The notes under the pieces: model-generated
The model's input: only the letters and a program-made list of their open reading frames with translations
The model's database searches: none
Told to the model about the DNA's origin: nothing
Position numbers and translations under genes: made by a program
DNA from: an uncultured Christensenellaceae bacterium
GTDB lineage: Bacteria; Bacillota; Clostridia; Christensenellales; UBA3700
NCBI GenBank assembly: GCA_944381325.1
Contig: CALWKS010000005.1
Coordinates: forward strand, 38,827 to 102,826
Direction: 5' to 3'
DNA: 64,000 bases
In this document: positions 56,234 through 64,000 of the stretch, one piece after another
Numbering within the stretch: the stretch's first letter is position 1
Layout: each line of letters opens with the position of its first letter

Positions 56234-57787
56234 ATGGAAAATAAGAACTATAACGATATCCCTAAGGAGATGTTCGAGTTCGCTTCCGTAGGCGACCTCA
56301 AACACGATCAGAAACTCGATACAAAGCCGATAGGCTACTTCAAGGACGCTTTCCTGAGATTCAGAAAGAATAAAGGCTCTGTCTTTGCGGCGATAATTAT
56401 CGGTCTTCTTGTGCTTTACGCAATAATTGCGCCTCTCGTGTCGCAGTTTACCGTATCGTACAACGACGTGTATTTCAGATATACGCTTCCCAAAAGCCCT
56501 ATATCAGAAGCTCTCGGTCTCGATTTCTGGGACGGTTGCGAAGAGAAAGAACTTACTCAGGAAATGTTTTATTATTACTATGCTATGGGTGAGGAAACAG
56601 GGCATAACGCCGTAAAAAATCAGACTTACAGCAGATATATCAAGAAAGACGGTCTTAAGGCGACTACCTATTACAGATTCAGACTTGACAGCTACCATTC
56701 CAACGGCGTCGTTTTCAAGAACGTAACTGCCGATGAATATGCTAATATTCAGAAATATCAGGACGAAACAGGTGTTCAGGTTATTTATCCTATAACTGAA
56801 AAGTCGAAAAGACCTACTTCAGCACAGGACAGCACCAACGCGAATTACTGGTTCAAGACTTATACCGAGAACGGTAAAACCTATGTGGACTTTGACGATG
56901 AAGGTAATTTTGAAAATATTTACCGCAGATACACCGGAAGAGACGGCTATACAAGCACGGTTCGTGTAGAGGGAGATACACCTGAATACGATTATGCGCT
57001 GGCAAATCAGACCGGTTATGAAATCAGAGTCAATTATTACGAATATTATATATATTATCATACTTACGTGCTGAATGACGGAATCAGCGAGCCGATGTTC
57101 TTATTCGGCACTACTAACTACGGGCAGGATATATTCACCTGTCTTGCCAGCGGCGCAAGATTCTCATTCTTCCTTGCAATAGTCGTTACGCTTGTAAACT
57201 TCACAGTCGGTGCGATCTACGGCGCGATCGAAGGATATTACGGCGGAAAAACCGACCTTATCATGGAAAGAATTTCAGATCTGTTGTCAGCTGTGCCGTT
57301 TATGATCGTCATAACCCTTCTTAAACTGCATATGGGCAGCGCAAGCAACGTGTGGGCGCTTCTCATCGCGTTCTTCGTTACGGGTTGGATAGGTATGGCG
57401 AACAGCGTGCGTATGCAGTTCTACCGCTTCAAGAATCAGGAATACGTTCTTGCTGCGAGAACGCTGGGCGCGTCTGACAGAAGAATAATGTTCAAGCATA
57501 TATTCCCAAACTCGCTCGGTACGCTCATTACCAGCTCGATTCTTGCTATCCCCAGCGTTATATTCAGTGAATCCAGCCTGAGCTACCTCGGCATAATCAA
57601 CTTGTCTACGGGCAATATCACCAGTATCGGTACGTTGCTTTCAAGCGCTCAGCCGTATCTGACGACTTATCCGCACATGATACTGTTCCCGGCGATATTC
57701 ATATCGCTGCTGATGCTCAGTTTCAACCTGTTCGGTAACGGACTCAGAGACGCGTTCAACCCGTCACTCAGAGGAGCGGAGGATTAA
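56234..57787 (+). CDS. ABC transporter permease (OppC/DppC-like) with a ~230-aa extracytoplasmic insertion after TM1
   Basis: 517 aa versus ~300 typical. The conserved C-terminal half includes LAARTLGASDRRIMFKHIFPN. Confidence 0.85.
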   Translation: MENKNYNDIPKEMFEFASVGDLKHDQKLDTKPIGYFKDAFLRFRKNKGSVFAAIIIGLLVLYAIIAPLVSQFTVSYNDVYFRYTLPKSPISEALGLDFWDGCEEKELTQEMFYYYYAMGEETGHNAVKNQTYSRYIKKDGLKATTYYRFRLDSYHSNGVVFKNVTADEYANIQKYQDETGVQVIYPITEKSKRPTSAQDSTNANYWFKTYTENGKTYVDFDDEGNFENIYRRYTGRDGYTSTVRVEGDTPEYDYALANQTGYEIRVNYYEYYIYYHTYVLNDGISEPMFLFGTTNYGQDIFTCLASGARFSFFLAIVVTLVNFTVGAIYGAIEGYYGGKTDLIMERISDLLSAVPFMIVITLLKLHMGSASNVWALLIAFFVTGWIGMANSVRMQFYRFKNQEYVLAARTLGASDRRIMFKHIFPNSLGTLITSSILAIPSVIFSESSLSYLGIINLSTGNITSIGTLLSSAQPYLTTYPHMILFPAIFISLLMLSFNLFGNGLRDAFNPSLRGAED

Positions 57788-57791
57788 GATT

Positions 57792-59951
57792 ATGGAAAAG
57801 AAACTCGAAGTTAAAAACCTTGTAATCTCCTTCCGCACTCAGGGCGGTAAGGTGCAGGCAGTAAGAAATGTGTCTTTTGACCTTTACAAAGGCGAAACCC
57901 TTGCCATAGTGGGTGAATCGGGAAGCGGTAAATCCGTTACCAGCCGCGCTATCATGGGTATTCTGGCAAAGAACGCTATTGTCGAAGGCGGAAAGATAAT
58001 ATACGACGGTCAGGATCTTCTGAGAATATCTGAAGACGATTTCCACAAGATAAGAGGCGATAAAATCGCAATGATATTCCAGGACCCGCTGTCAAGTCTC
58101 AATCCGATAATGAGAGTAGGCAAGCAGCTTACCGAAGCAATGATCCTTAAGGGTAAGTCAAGCCAGAGAAACGCAAGACGCAACTTCAATTCTCTGCTTG
58201 CTCATCTCAACAAGAACATGAACGAGACTTGTCAGGTTACAGATAAGGAAACCATTGCTGAAAACGCGCGCAAGTGCAAGACGTTCGACAATTTCTGCAT
58301 CGCAGGTATAAGACTTGAAGACAAGTACAATCACTGCGTACGTCACGCTTATGCGCTTATCGAAGATATCGAAAACCTTCTTTTCCTCAAAGAAAAGAAT
58401 CAGAAGGTCGATGAAAGAAAACAGATAGTTCACATTCTTGACGAGATGGACGAGTGCGTTCATCCTGCGGTATTGCCTGAAGATATCGCTGAAGGCATCA
58501 TAGCTCAGATAAAGAACGTGAAGAGAAATGCGTCCAAAGAAAAACTCAGCGACGAGTTTGCCGAAGCGCTCAACAAGCTTCTCGAAGAGCTTAAGATTGG
58601 CGTGGGTATCGACGTAAAACCCAACTATTTTACGATGGGCTATTACATCATGAAAAATCCCGACGCGCATCTTCAGGATATGCCTCACTCTGAACTCAAC
58701 AAGATGACGAGGAAATATCTTGACGACAACTTCATGCTCGATTTCATTGACTGCGGATCAAAAGCAGTGCTCCACAGTCACAGAAAATCGGTTGAAAAGA
58801 AGGCTGAAGTCGTTGAACTGGCGAAGACAACTCTCGAATATTTCGAGAACGGCACTCTTGACAGAAAAACAAGCAGAGAGCATATAAAAAAGCTGTCTGC
58901 ACTTGTCGCAGAATCAATCGACAGACTTGCGGTAGTCAAAAACAGCACTGACTACACATTCGGAGTAAGCGCAATGACTGCGGTCGAAAAATACTTCGAC
59001 GCGCTTGTTAAAAACCCAAAGGCGCAGGCGAAATACGATAAGCAGGTAGCTAAAAGAGATAAGCTGATTGCAAAGGGCAAAACCCCTGACTGGAAGGTCG
59101 TTCCTCCTATGCTTGTGGATATCGATCTTGCGCGTCAGACGATCTGCAACGTCATTTCAGGACTTATCGAGAGCTGTGAAAAGGAAATAGAAAACGCCGA
59201 CAATTTCGACGAACATCAGAAGATGATCGACATGGTCGACTATTTCAAAGAGCAGGCTTCTGCGGTCGTCTATAAGGTAACGCGCAAAATGGCAAAAGCC
59301 AAGGCGCTTAAACTTATGGAAGAGGTCGGTATTCCCAATCCCGCGATAAGATACAATCAATATCCGTTCGAGTTCTCAGGCGGTATGAGACAGCGTATAG
59401 TCATAGCTATCGCGCTTGCGGCAAATCCCGATATTCTTATCTGCGACGAGCCTACCACAGCGCTTGACGTTACGATCCAGGCTCAGATACTCGAACTTAT
59501 AAACAAGCTCAAAGAAGAAAGACACCTTTCTGTCATATTCATTACTCACGACCTCGGCGTCGTAGCTAATATGGCTGACAGGATCGCGGTTATGTATGCA
59601 GGCAAGATAGTTGAGTACGGCACTTCAGAAGACGTGTTCTACGATCCGCGCCATCCTTACACGTGGGCGCTTTTGTCCTCTATGCCTGACCTTGATACAA
59701 AGGATAAACTCGAGGCGATACCTGGCACTCCGCCCAATATGATCTTCCCGCCCAAGGGAGACGCTTTTGCGGCGAGAAACAAGTATGCAATGAAGATAGA
59801 CTTCGAAGAGCAGCCGCCGATGTTCAAAATCAACGATACGCATTATGCCGCTACGTGGCTTCTGCATCCCAATGCGCCCAAAGTCGAGCCTCCGAAGCTC
59901 GTTACAGACCGCATAAACAGAATGAAGAACGAGGTGAAGAACAATGGCTGA
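57792..59951 (+). CDS. ABC ATP-binding protein (OppD-like) with a ~380-aa helical insertion
   Basis: Walker A GESGSGKS (~aa 41-48), Q-loop MIFQDP (~aa 94-99), signature FSGGMRQR (~aa 528-535), Walker B ILICDEPTTALD, and the oligopeptide C-terminal motif YDPRHPYT. Confidence 0.88.
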   Translation: MEKKLEVKNLVISFRTQGGKVQAVRNVSFDLYKGETLAIVGESGSGKSVTSRAIMGILAKNAIVEGGKIIYDGQDLLRISEDDFHKIRGDKIAMIFQDPLSSLNPIMRVGKQLTEAMILKGKSSQRNARRNFNSLLAHLNKNMNETCQVTDKETIAENARKCKTFDNFCIAGIRLEDKYNHCVRHAYALIEDIENLLFLKEKNQKVDERKQIVHILDEMDECVHPAVLPEDIAEGIIAQIKNVKRNASKEKLSDEFAEALNKLLEELKIGVGIDVKPNYFTMGYYIMKNPDAHLQDMPHSELNKMTRKYLDDNFMLDFIDCGSKAVLHSHRKSVEKKAEVVELAKTTLEYFENGTLDRKTSREHIKKLSALVAESIDRLAVVKNSTDYTFGVSAMTAVEKYFDALVKNPKAQAKYDKQVAKRDKLIAKGKTPDWKVVPPMLVDIDLARQTICNVISGLIESCEKEIENADNFDEHQKMIDMVDYFKEQASAVVYKVTRKMAKAKALKLMEEVGIPNPAIRYNQYPFEFSGGMRQRIVIAIALAANPDILICDEPTTALDVTIQAQILELINKLKEERHLSVIFITHDLGVVANMADRIAVMYAGKIVEYGTSEDVFYDPRHPYTWALLSSMPDLDTKDKLEAIPGTPPNMIFPPKGDAFAARNKYAMKIDFEEQPPMFKINDTHYAATWLLHPNAPKVEPPKLVTDRINRMKNEVKNNG

Positions 59952-61368
59952 CAGAGAAGTATTGCTCAAAGTAGATCATCTTGAACAGTATTTCAAGATG
60001 GGAAAAGGTTATCTCAAGGCGGTCGACGACGTAAGTTTTGAGATATACAAAGGAGAGGTGTTCGGTCTCGTCGGAGAGTCAGGTTGCGGAAAGACGACTA
60101 CGGGACGTTCGATAATACGTCTTTACGATATTACGGGCGGTTCGGTTTATTTCGAGGGACAGCGCATCTGCGCAGGTACGCGCGCTTATAAGCAGGCTAT
60201 CAAGGATGCGAGAAGCAAGTACAGAGATATCTCTGCAAAGATAAACGCTGCTCAGAAGTCGGAAATCGAGCAGAATTCTTCCGATGCCGAAAATATCAAG
60301 AGTAAATATGCGGCTGAAAAAGACGCGGCAAAGCGCGAATATCTCGAGACTCTGAGAACTCAGAGACATAATATATCCAGCGCTAATTACGACCACAAGA
60401 ACTGCAATAAAGTTTTCAGCAAAGCGCAGATGAAGAAGGTCGAAGAAAAGTACGCTCCGCTTTTTGAAAAGGCTTCTCTCAATGAGAAAGACGAACTTGA
60501 AAAAGAGTATAAAAAAGAGCTGAAACTTGCCAGGAAAGACCGCATAATGAATAAGATGCAGATGATCTTCCAGGACCCCATCGCATCGCTCAATCCGCGT
60601 ATGACGGTCAGAGAAATCATTGCCGAAGGTCTTATCATCAGAGGAATAAAAGACAAGAAATATATAGACGAGATGGTTTATAAAGTGCTTGACCTCGTTG
60701 GACTCGTGCCTGAGCACGCTGGCAGATATCCGCACGAATTCTCGGGCGGTCAGAGACAGCGTATCGGTATTGCGCGCGCAGTCATTCTTCAGCCTGAACT
60801 CATTATTGCAGACGAGCCTATTTCTGCGCTTGACGTGTCGATACAGGCGCAGGTCATAAACCTTCTCAACGAGCTCAGAGACAAACTGGGGCTTACGATA
60901 ATGTTTATCGCGCACGACTTGTCTGTCGTCAAGTATTTTTCTGACAGAATCGCAGTCATGTACTTCGGTAAGATAGTCGAGCTTGCGACCAGCGACGAGC
61001 TGTTTGCTCATCCTATGCATCCATACACCAAGTCGCTGTTGTCTGCAATTCCGCTTCCCGATCCTCATTTTGAGAAGAACAGAAAGAGAATTACTTACAA
61101 TCCTATCGCCGACCACGATTATTCTGTTGAAAAGCCGACAATGAGAGAGGTTTATCCGGGGCACTTCGTGTACTGCAGCGACAGCGAATGCGAAAAGTAT
61201 CTCAAAGAGTACGAAGAAAAGAAAGCTGCGGCAGTAAAGGCTGAAGATGTTGAAGACAAAGCCTCTGAAGCTGATGAAAACGAAGTTACTGCGGCTGTAG
61301 AGGAGAAAAAGCCTGTCAGAAAGGCGCGTTCTAAGAACTCTTCAGCTAAAAAGAAATCAGACAAATAA
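59944..61368 (+). CDS. ABC ATP-binding protein (OppF-like) with a ~120-aa insertion and a Lys-rich tail
   Basis: Walker A GESGCGKT (~aa 44-51), Q-loop MIFQDP only at ~aa 207-212, signature FSGGQRQR, Walker B LIIADEPISALD, and HPMHPYT. Confidence 0.88.
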   Translation: MADREVLLKVDHLEQYFKMGKGYLKAVDDVSFEIYKGEVFGLVGESGCGKTTTGRSIIRLYDITGGSVYFEGQRICAGTRAYKQAIKDARSKYRDISAKINAAQKSEIEQNSSDAENIKSKYAAEKDAAKREYLETLRTQRHNISSANYDHKNCNKVFSKAQMKKVEEKYAPLFEKASLNEKDELEKEYKKELKLARKDRIMNKMQMIFQDPIASLNPRMTVREIIAEGLIIRGIKDKKYIDEMVYKVLDLVGLVPEHAGRYPHEFSGGQRQRIGIARAVILQPELIIADEPISALDVSIQAQVINLLNELRDKLGLTIMFIAHDLSVVKYFSDRIAVMYFGKIVELATSDELFAHPMHPYTKSLLSAIPLPDPHFEKNRKRITYNPIADHDYSVEKPTMREVYPGHFVYCSDSECEKYLKEYEEKKAAAVKAEDVEDKASEADENEVTAAVEEKKPVRKARSKNSSAKKKSDK

Positions 61369-61430
61369 ACCGTGAAGACGGTCAATCTAAGGTCTTCCTC
61401 TTTAAGGGAAGACCTTGCCTTAAGAAGCAG

Positions 61431-61832
61431 ATGAAAACAGTTTATAAATATCTTATAACCTTGGCGATGGGAATTATCATTGCGTTTATCGCGTTGCTTG
61501 TCAGAGATATTTTCCATCTTACGGCTGTCGTGGATATAATGAAAGCGTTCTGCGATGCGTTTTTCGTGTCGGGAGTTCTGCTTACGTGTATAGGCGGTTT
61601 CGTTTTTGTTTCGAACGGAGGCGTTTTCGATATGCTTGCTTACGGCGTAAGAACTTTCTTTACAGCTTTCAAGAGAAACGTTACAGACAGAAAATATAAG
61701 GATTATTATGAATACAGAGAGGCGAAGAAGGCAAACAAGAGAAGCTTTTCCTTCCTTCTTATCGTCGGAATCGTTTTCATAGTGATTTCTATGATTTTTC
61801 TTGCTCTTTACTATAAATATCTTCCGGCTTAA
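61431..61832 (+). CDS. Small membrane protein, DUF3899-like
   Basis: Three to four TM segments with a basic linker (FKRNVTDRKYKDYYEYREAKKANKR). Weak RBS. Confidence 0.5.
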   Translation: MKTVYKYLITLAMGIIIAFIALLVRDIFHLTAVVDIMKAFCDAFFVSGVLLTCIGGFVFVSNGGVFDMLAYGVRTFFTAFKRNVTDRKYKDYYEYREAKKANKRSFSFLLIVGIVFIVISMIFLALYYKYLPA

Positions 61833-61892
61833 TGCCGCAAAAGCGTCTTTTAAAGGCGCTTGTTTTATATTTAATAATGAAACGGAGGAATT

Positions 61893-63230
61893 ATGTTTAA
61901 ATTCAGAAAAGGCTTTTATGCCGATATCCGTATCGAAGACAGGTTTACGACTAATATATCGTATAAGAATTCGGTTGCGGAGCAGTGCAGAGAAATAAGC
62001 GAGAAAAAGGCTTTTATCAGAGTTTTTGACGGCAAGATGTGGTATTATGCGTCTACCGACAATGCGGACAACGCTCAGGAGGAGCTTGACAACCTCTACG
62101 CGTATGCGACTCCTGACAACGACGTGGAAAACAATCCCGCGATAAAGATTCTTGAAACGAATAAAGACTGCGTAATGCGCTTTGAAAACAATTGCGTAAA
62201 GAACGTACCCCTTGAAGAAAAACGCGATTTTGTTCAGAAAACCGCGGCAAAATTCGTTTCCGAGCACTGTTCGCTTGTTATAGCGCATTACCTTGACAGA
62301 TATTCTGTGTACGAATTCTATTCAAGCAAAGGCGCTGATATCAAATACGATTTTCAGACTTCGGGGTCGGTTTTCTCAATGAGCTTTGCGAATAAAGGAG
62401 AAAATTTCTCCGATGCGATCCAGAAATCGGGCACTGCGTTCGACGATGTAAAAGTGTCTGACAAAGAGATAGAAGAGTTTATAAAAGAGAGTGAAAACGT
62501 GCTCCTTAATGCTAAGAAACTGGAAAACCCCGGCACTTATCCCGTAGTGCTTGCACCTATCGTTACAGGTGTGTTCGCTCACGAGTCTTTCGGGCATAAG
62601 AGCGAAGCAGACTTTATGCTCGGCGACGAGACGATGGCAAAAGAGTGGACTATGGGAAAGCAGGTCGCAAGCGAGCTTCTGAGCATAGTTGACAGCGGCA
62701 CTTACGACGGTTCGGGATATGTGCCTTACGACGACGAAGGCACGAAATGCAATTATACTTACCTTATCAAGGACGGCGTACTTGCAGGCAGGCTTCACAA
62801 CGCAACTACTGCGGCTTATCTCGGTGAAAAGCTTACGGGCAACGCAAGAGCTATAAACTGCGGCTACGAGCCTATAGTAAGAATGACAACCACCGTGATA
62901 AAGGGCGGCAACAGCACGGTGGAAGAGCTTATCGCAGGAATAAAGCACGGATATTATATAAAGAACTGCAAGCACGGCTCAGGTATGAGCACTTTCACCA
63001 TTGCGCCTAACGTAGCGTACGAGATCGTGGACGGCAAGATAGGCGATCCGGTAAAAATAGCCGTTCTTACCGGCAACGTATTTGAGACGCTCGGAGACAT
63101 AGACGGCGTGGCAAACGACGAAACGGTGCTTACTTTCGTTACGGGCGGTTGCGGAAAGATGGAGCAGTTCCCGCTCAACGTGGGTATGGGCGGTCCTCAT
63201 ATCAGAGTTAAAAAGATGAACGTGCAGTGA
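61893..63230 (+). CDS. tldD: TldD-family metalloprotease
   Basis: RBS GGAGGA. The motif GVFAHESFGHKSEADF (HExxGH) and the C-terminus GGCGK...PHIRV. Confidence 0.85.
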   Translation: MFKFRKGFYADIRIEDRFTTNISYKNSVAEQCREISEKKAFIRVFDGKMWYYASTDNADNAQEELDNLYAYATPDNDVENNPAIKILETNKDCVMRFENNCVKNVPLEEKRDFVQKTAAKFVSEHCSLVIAHYLDRYSVYEFYSSKGADIKYDFQTSGSVFSMSFANKGENFSDAIQKSGTAFDDVKVSDKEIEEFIKESENVLLNAKKLENPGTYPVVLAPIVTGVFAHESFGHKSEADFMLGDETMAKEWTMGKQVASELLSIVDSGTYDGSGYVPYDDEGTKCNYTYLIKDGVLAGRLHNATTAAYLGEKLTGNARAINCGYEPIVRMTTTVIKGGNSTVEELIAGIKHGYYIKNCKHGSGMSTFTIAPNVAYEIVDGKIGDPVKIAVLTGNVFETLGDIDGVANDETVLTFVTGGCGKMEQFPLNVGMGGPHIRVKKMNVQ

Positions 63231-63238
63231 GGTGAATT

Positions 63239-64000
63239 ATGAAAAAACAGATATATTGCGTAAATAACCGTGAAAGTTGTCTCAACTTCACTGCGGGTGT
63301 GGTTGATTCTCTCAGAATAAAGAACAGTGCTTCCACTACGGTGAGAGTGTATGACAACGGATTTATAGGCGTTTCAGGTGCTTCAGGCAATTGCGATCAG
63401 GCTGAACTCGAGAAAAAAGCGATTGCTTCGCTTGAAAACAAGGTGCCTTATCCCGCTGAAAAGAGCGAGCCTTCCGAAATAAAAATAGATCTGAGAAAAG
63501 AAATAATAAAGAAAAGCGAGCTTGTAGACAAGTGTAAGGCGCTTGTAAAAGAGGTCGCCGAGAGCAATCCTGAATTTATTCTGAGCGGAAAGTTTGCCGT
63601 TTCAGACGACGAAACCACCTTCAGGGACAGCGACGGGGTGAATTATTCCTGCGCTACCAGCGTATTCAGCGCATACTTTGTCGCAAAGCATAAGGACTCG
63701 GCAAACATCATGGACGAGGTTTACGAGGTGTCAGACGATAAATTCGAGCCTGAAAAGATAGCTTCTGACGCCAAAACTCTCTTTGACGCGTATCTTGCAA
63801 AAGCGGATATGCCCGAAGAAGAAAAGCCGATATTCATTACTGATCCTTCTGTAGTTTCATATCTTGTCAATGGCTTTGTCGCAGAACTTTATTGCAGCGG
63901 TGCGTCTGTGCTCAACGGAAAGCTTGGTAAGAAAGTGTTCAGCGACAAATTCAGTCTCGTATGCAACAGAAATCCCGAAGAGACTCTCGGAGCTACCTTC
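63239..64000 (+). CDS. TldE/PmbA-family protein, 3'-partial (runs off the window)
   Basis: ATG at 63239 with RBS GAGGTG. My own translation reads MKKQIYCVNNRESCLNFTAGVVDSLRIKNSASTTVRVYDNGFIGVSGASG... The frame stays open to nt 64000. Pairing with tldD is typical. Confidence 0.7.
   Translation, partial: MKKQIYCVNNRESCLNFTAGVVDSLRIKNSASTTVRVYDNGFIGVSGASGNCDQAELEKKAIASLENKVPYPAEKSEPSEIKIDLRKEIIKKSELVDKCKALVKEVAESNPEFILSGKFAVSDDETTFRDSDGVNYSCATSVFSAYFVAKHKDSANIMDEVYEVSDDKFEPEKIASDAKTLFDAYLAKADMPEEEKPIFITDPSVVSYLVNGFVAELYCSGASVLNGKLGKKVFSDKFSLVCNRNPEETLGATF

Overview
This is a 64-kb chromosomal segment from a mid-GC Gram-positive bacterium. It looks Firmicutes/Clostridia-like and probably host- or gut-associated; that placement is an inference from the gene content. 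The supporting signals are AGGAGG-type ribosome-binding sites, many lipobox lipoproteins, spmA/spmB, and the yabB-rsmI and metG-tatD-ksgA gene orders.

I can support about 50 CDS and two stand-alone tRNAs (Val-GAC and Arg-ACG). There are also many near-consensus sigma-70 promoters and rho-independent terminators. I see no rRNA, CRISPR array, transposase, integrase or obvious phage or defence genes.

Content falls into four groups:
- A surface-protein operon at the left end: a Flg_new-repeat protein, a 1057-aa FN3-repeat lipoprotein and an HExxH membrane protein.
- Host-glycan foraging genes: GH29 fucosidase, GH20 hexosaminidase, permuted GH3, a complete sialidase-nanE-nanK-nanA-transporter operon, and a GH30 lipoprotein with an Opp-type ABC importer.
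- Translation and housekeeping operons: yabB-like MTase-rsmI, metG-tatD-radical SAM-rsmA, and alaS.
- A nitrogen and amidotransferase hub: GS type III, asnA, purF and carAB.

The things most worth a second look are:
- an uninterrupted carB-dapF fusion ORF;
- an Opp-type importer whose ATPases, permease and binding protein all carry large extra modules;
- tandem ~190-220-bp repeats downstream of tRNA-Arg, each ending in a copy of the tRNA 3' end;
- a consensus promoter firing directly into a perfect 15-bp terminator;
- a 595-aa AlaRS lacking the C-Ala domain;
- two sharp intragenic low-GC patches;
- a small membrane-protein gene split by an in-frame TGA;
- a lipoprotein serpin.

All functional calls rest on motif and architecture recognition by eye. 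No database search or structure prediction was possible. I did not find a clear-cut novel multi-gene system.
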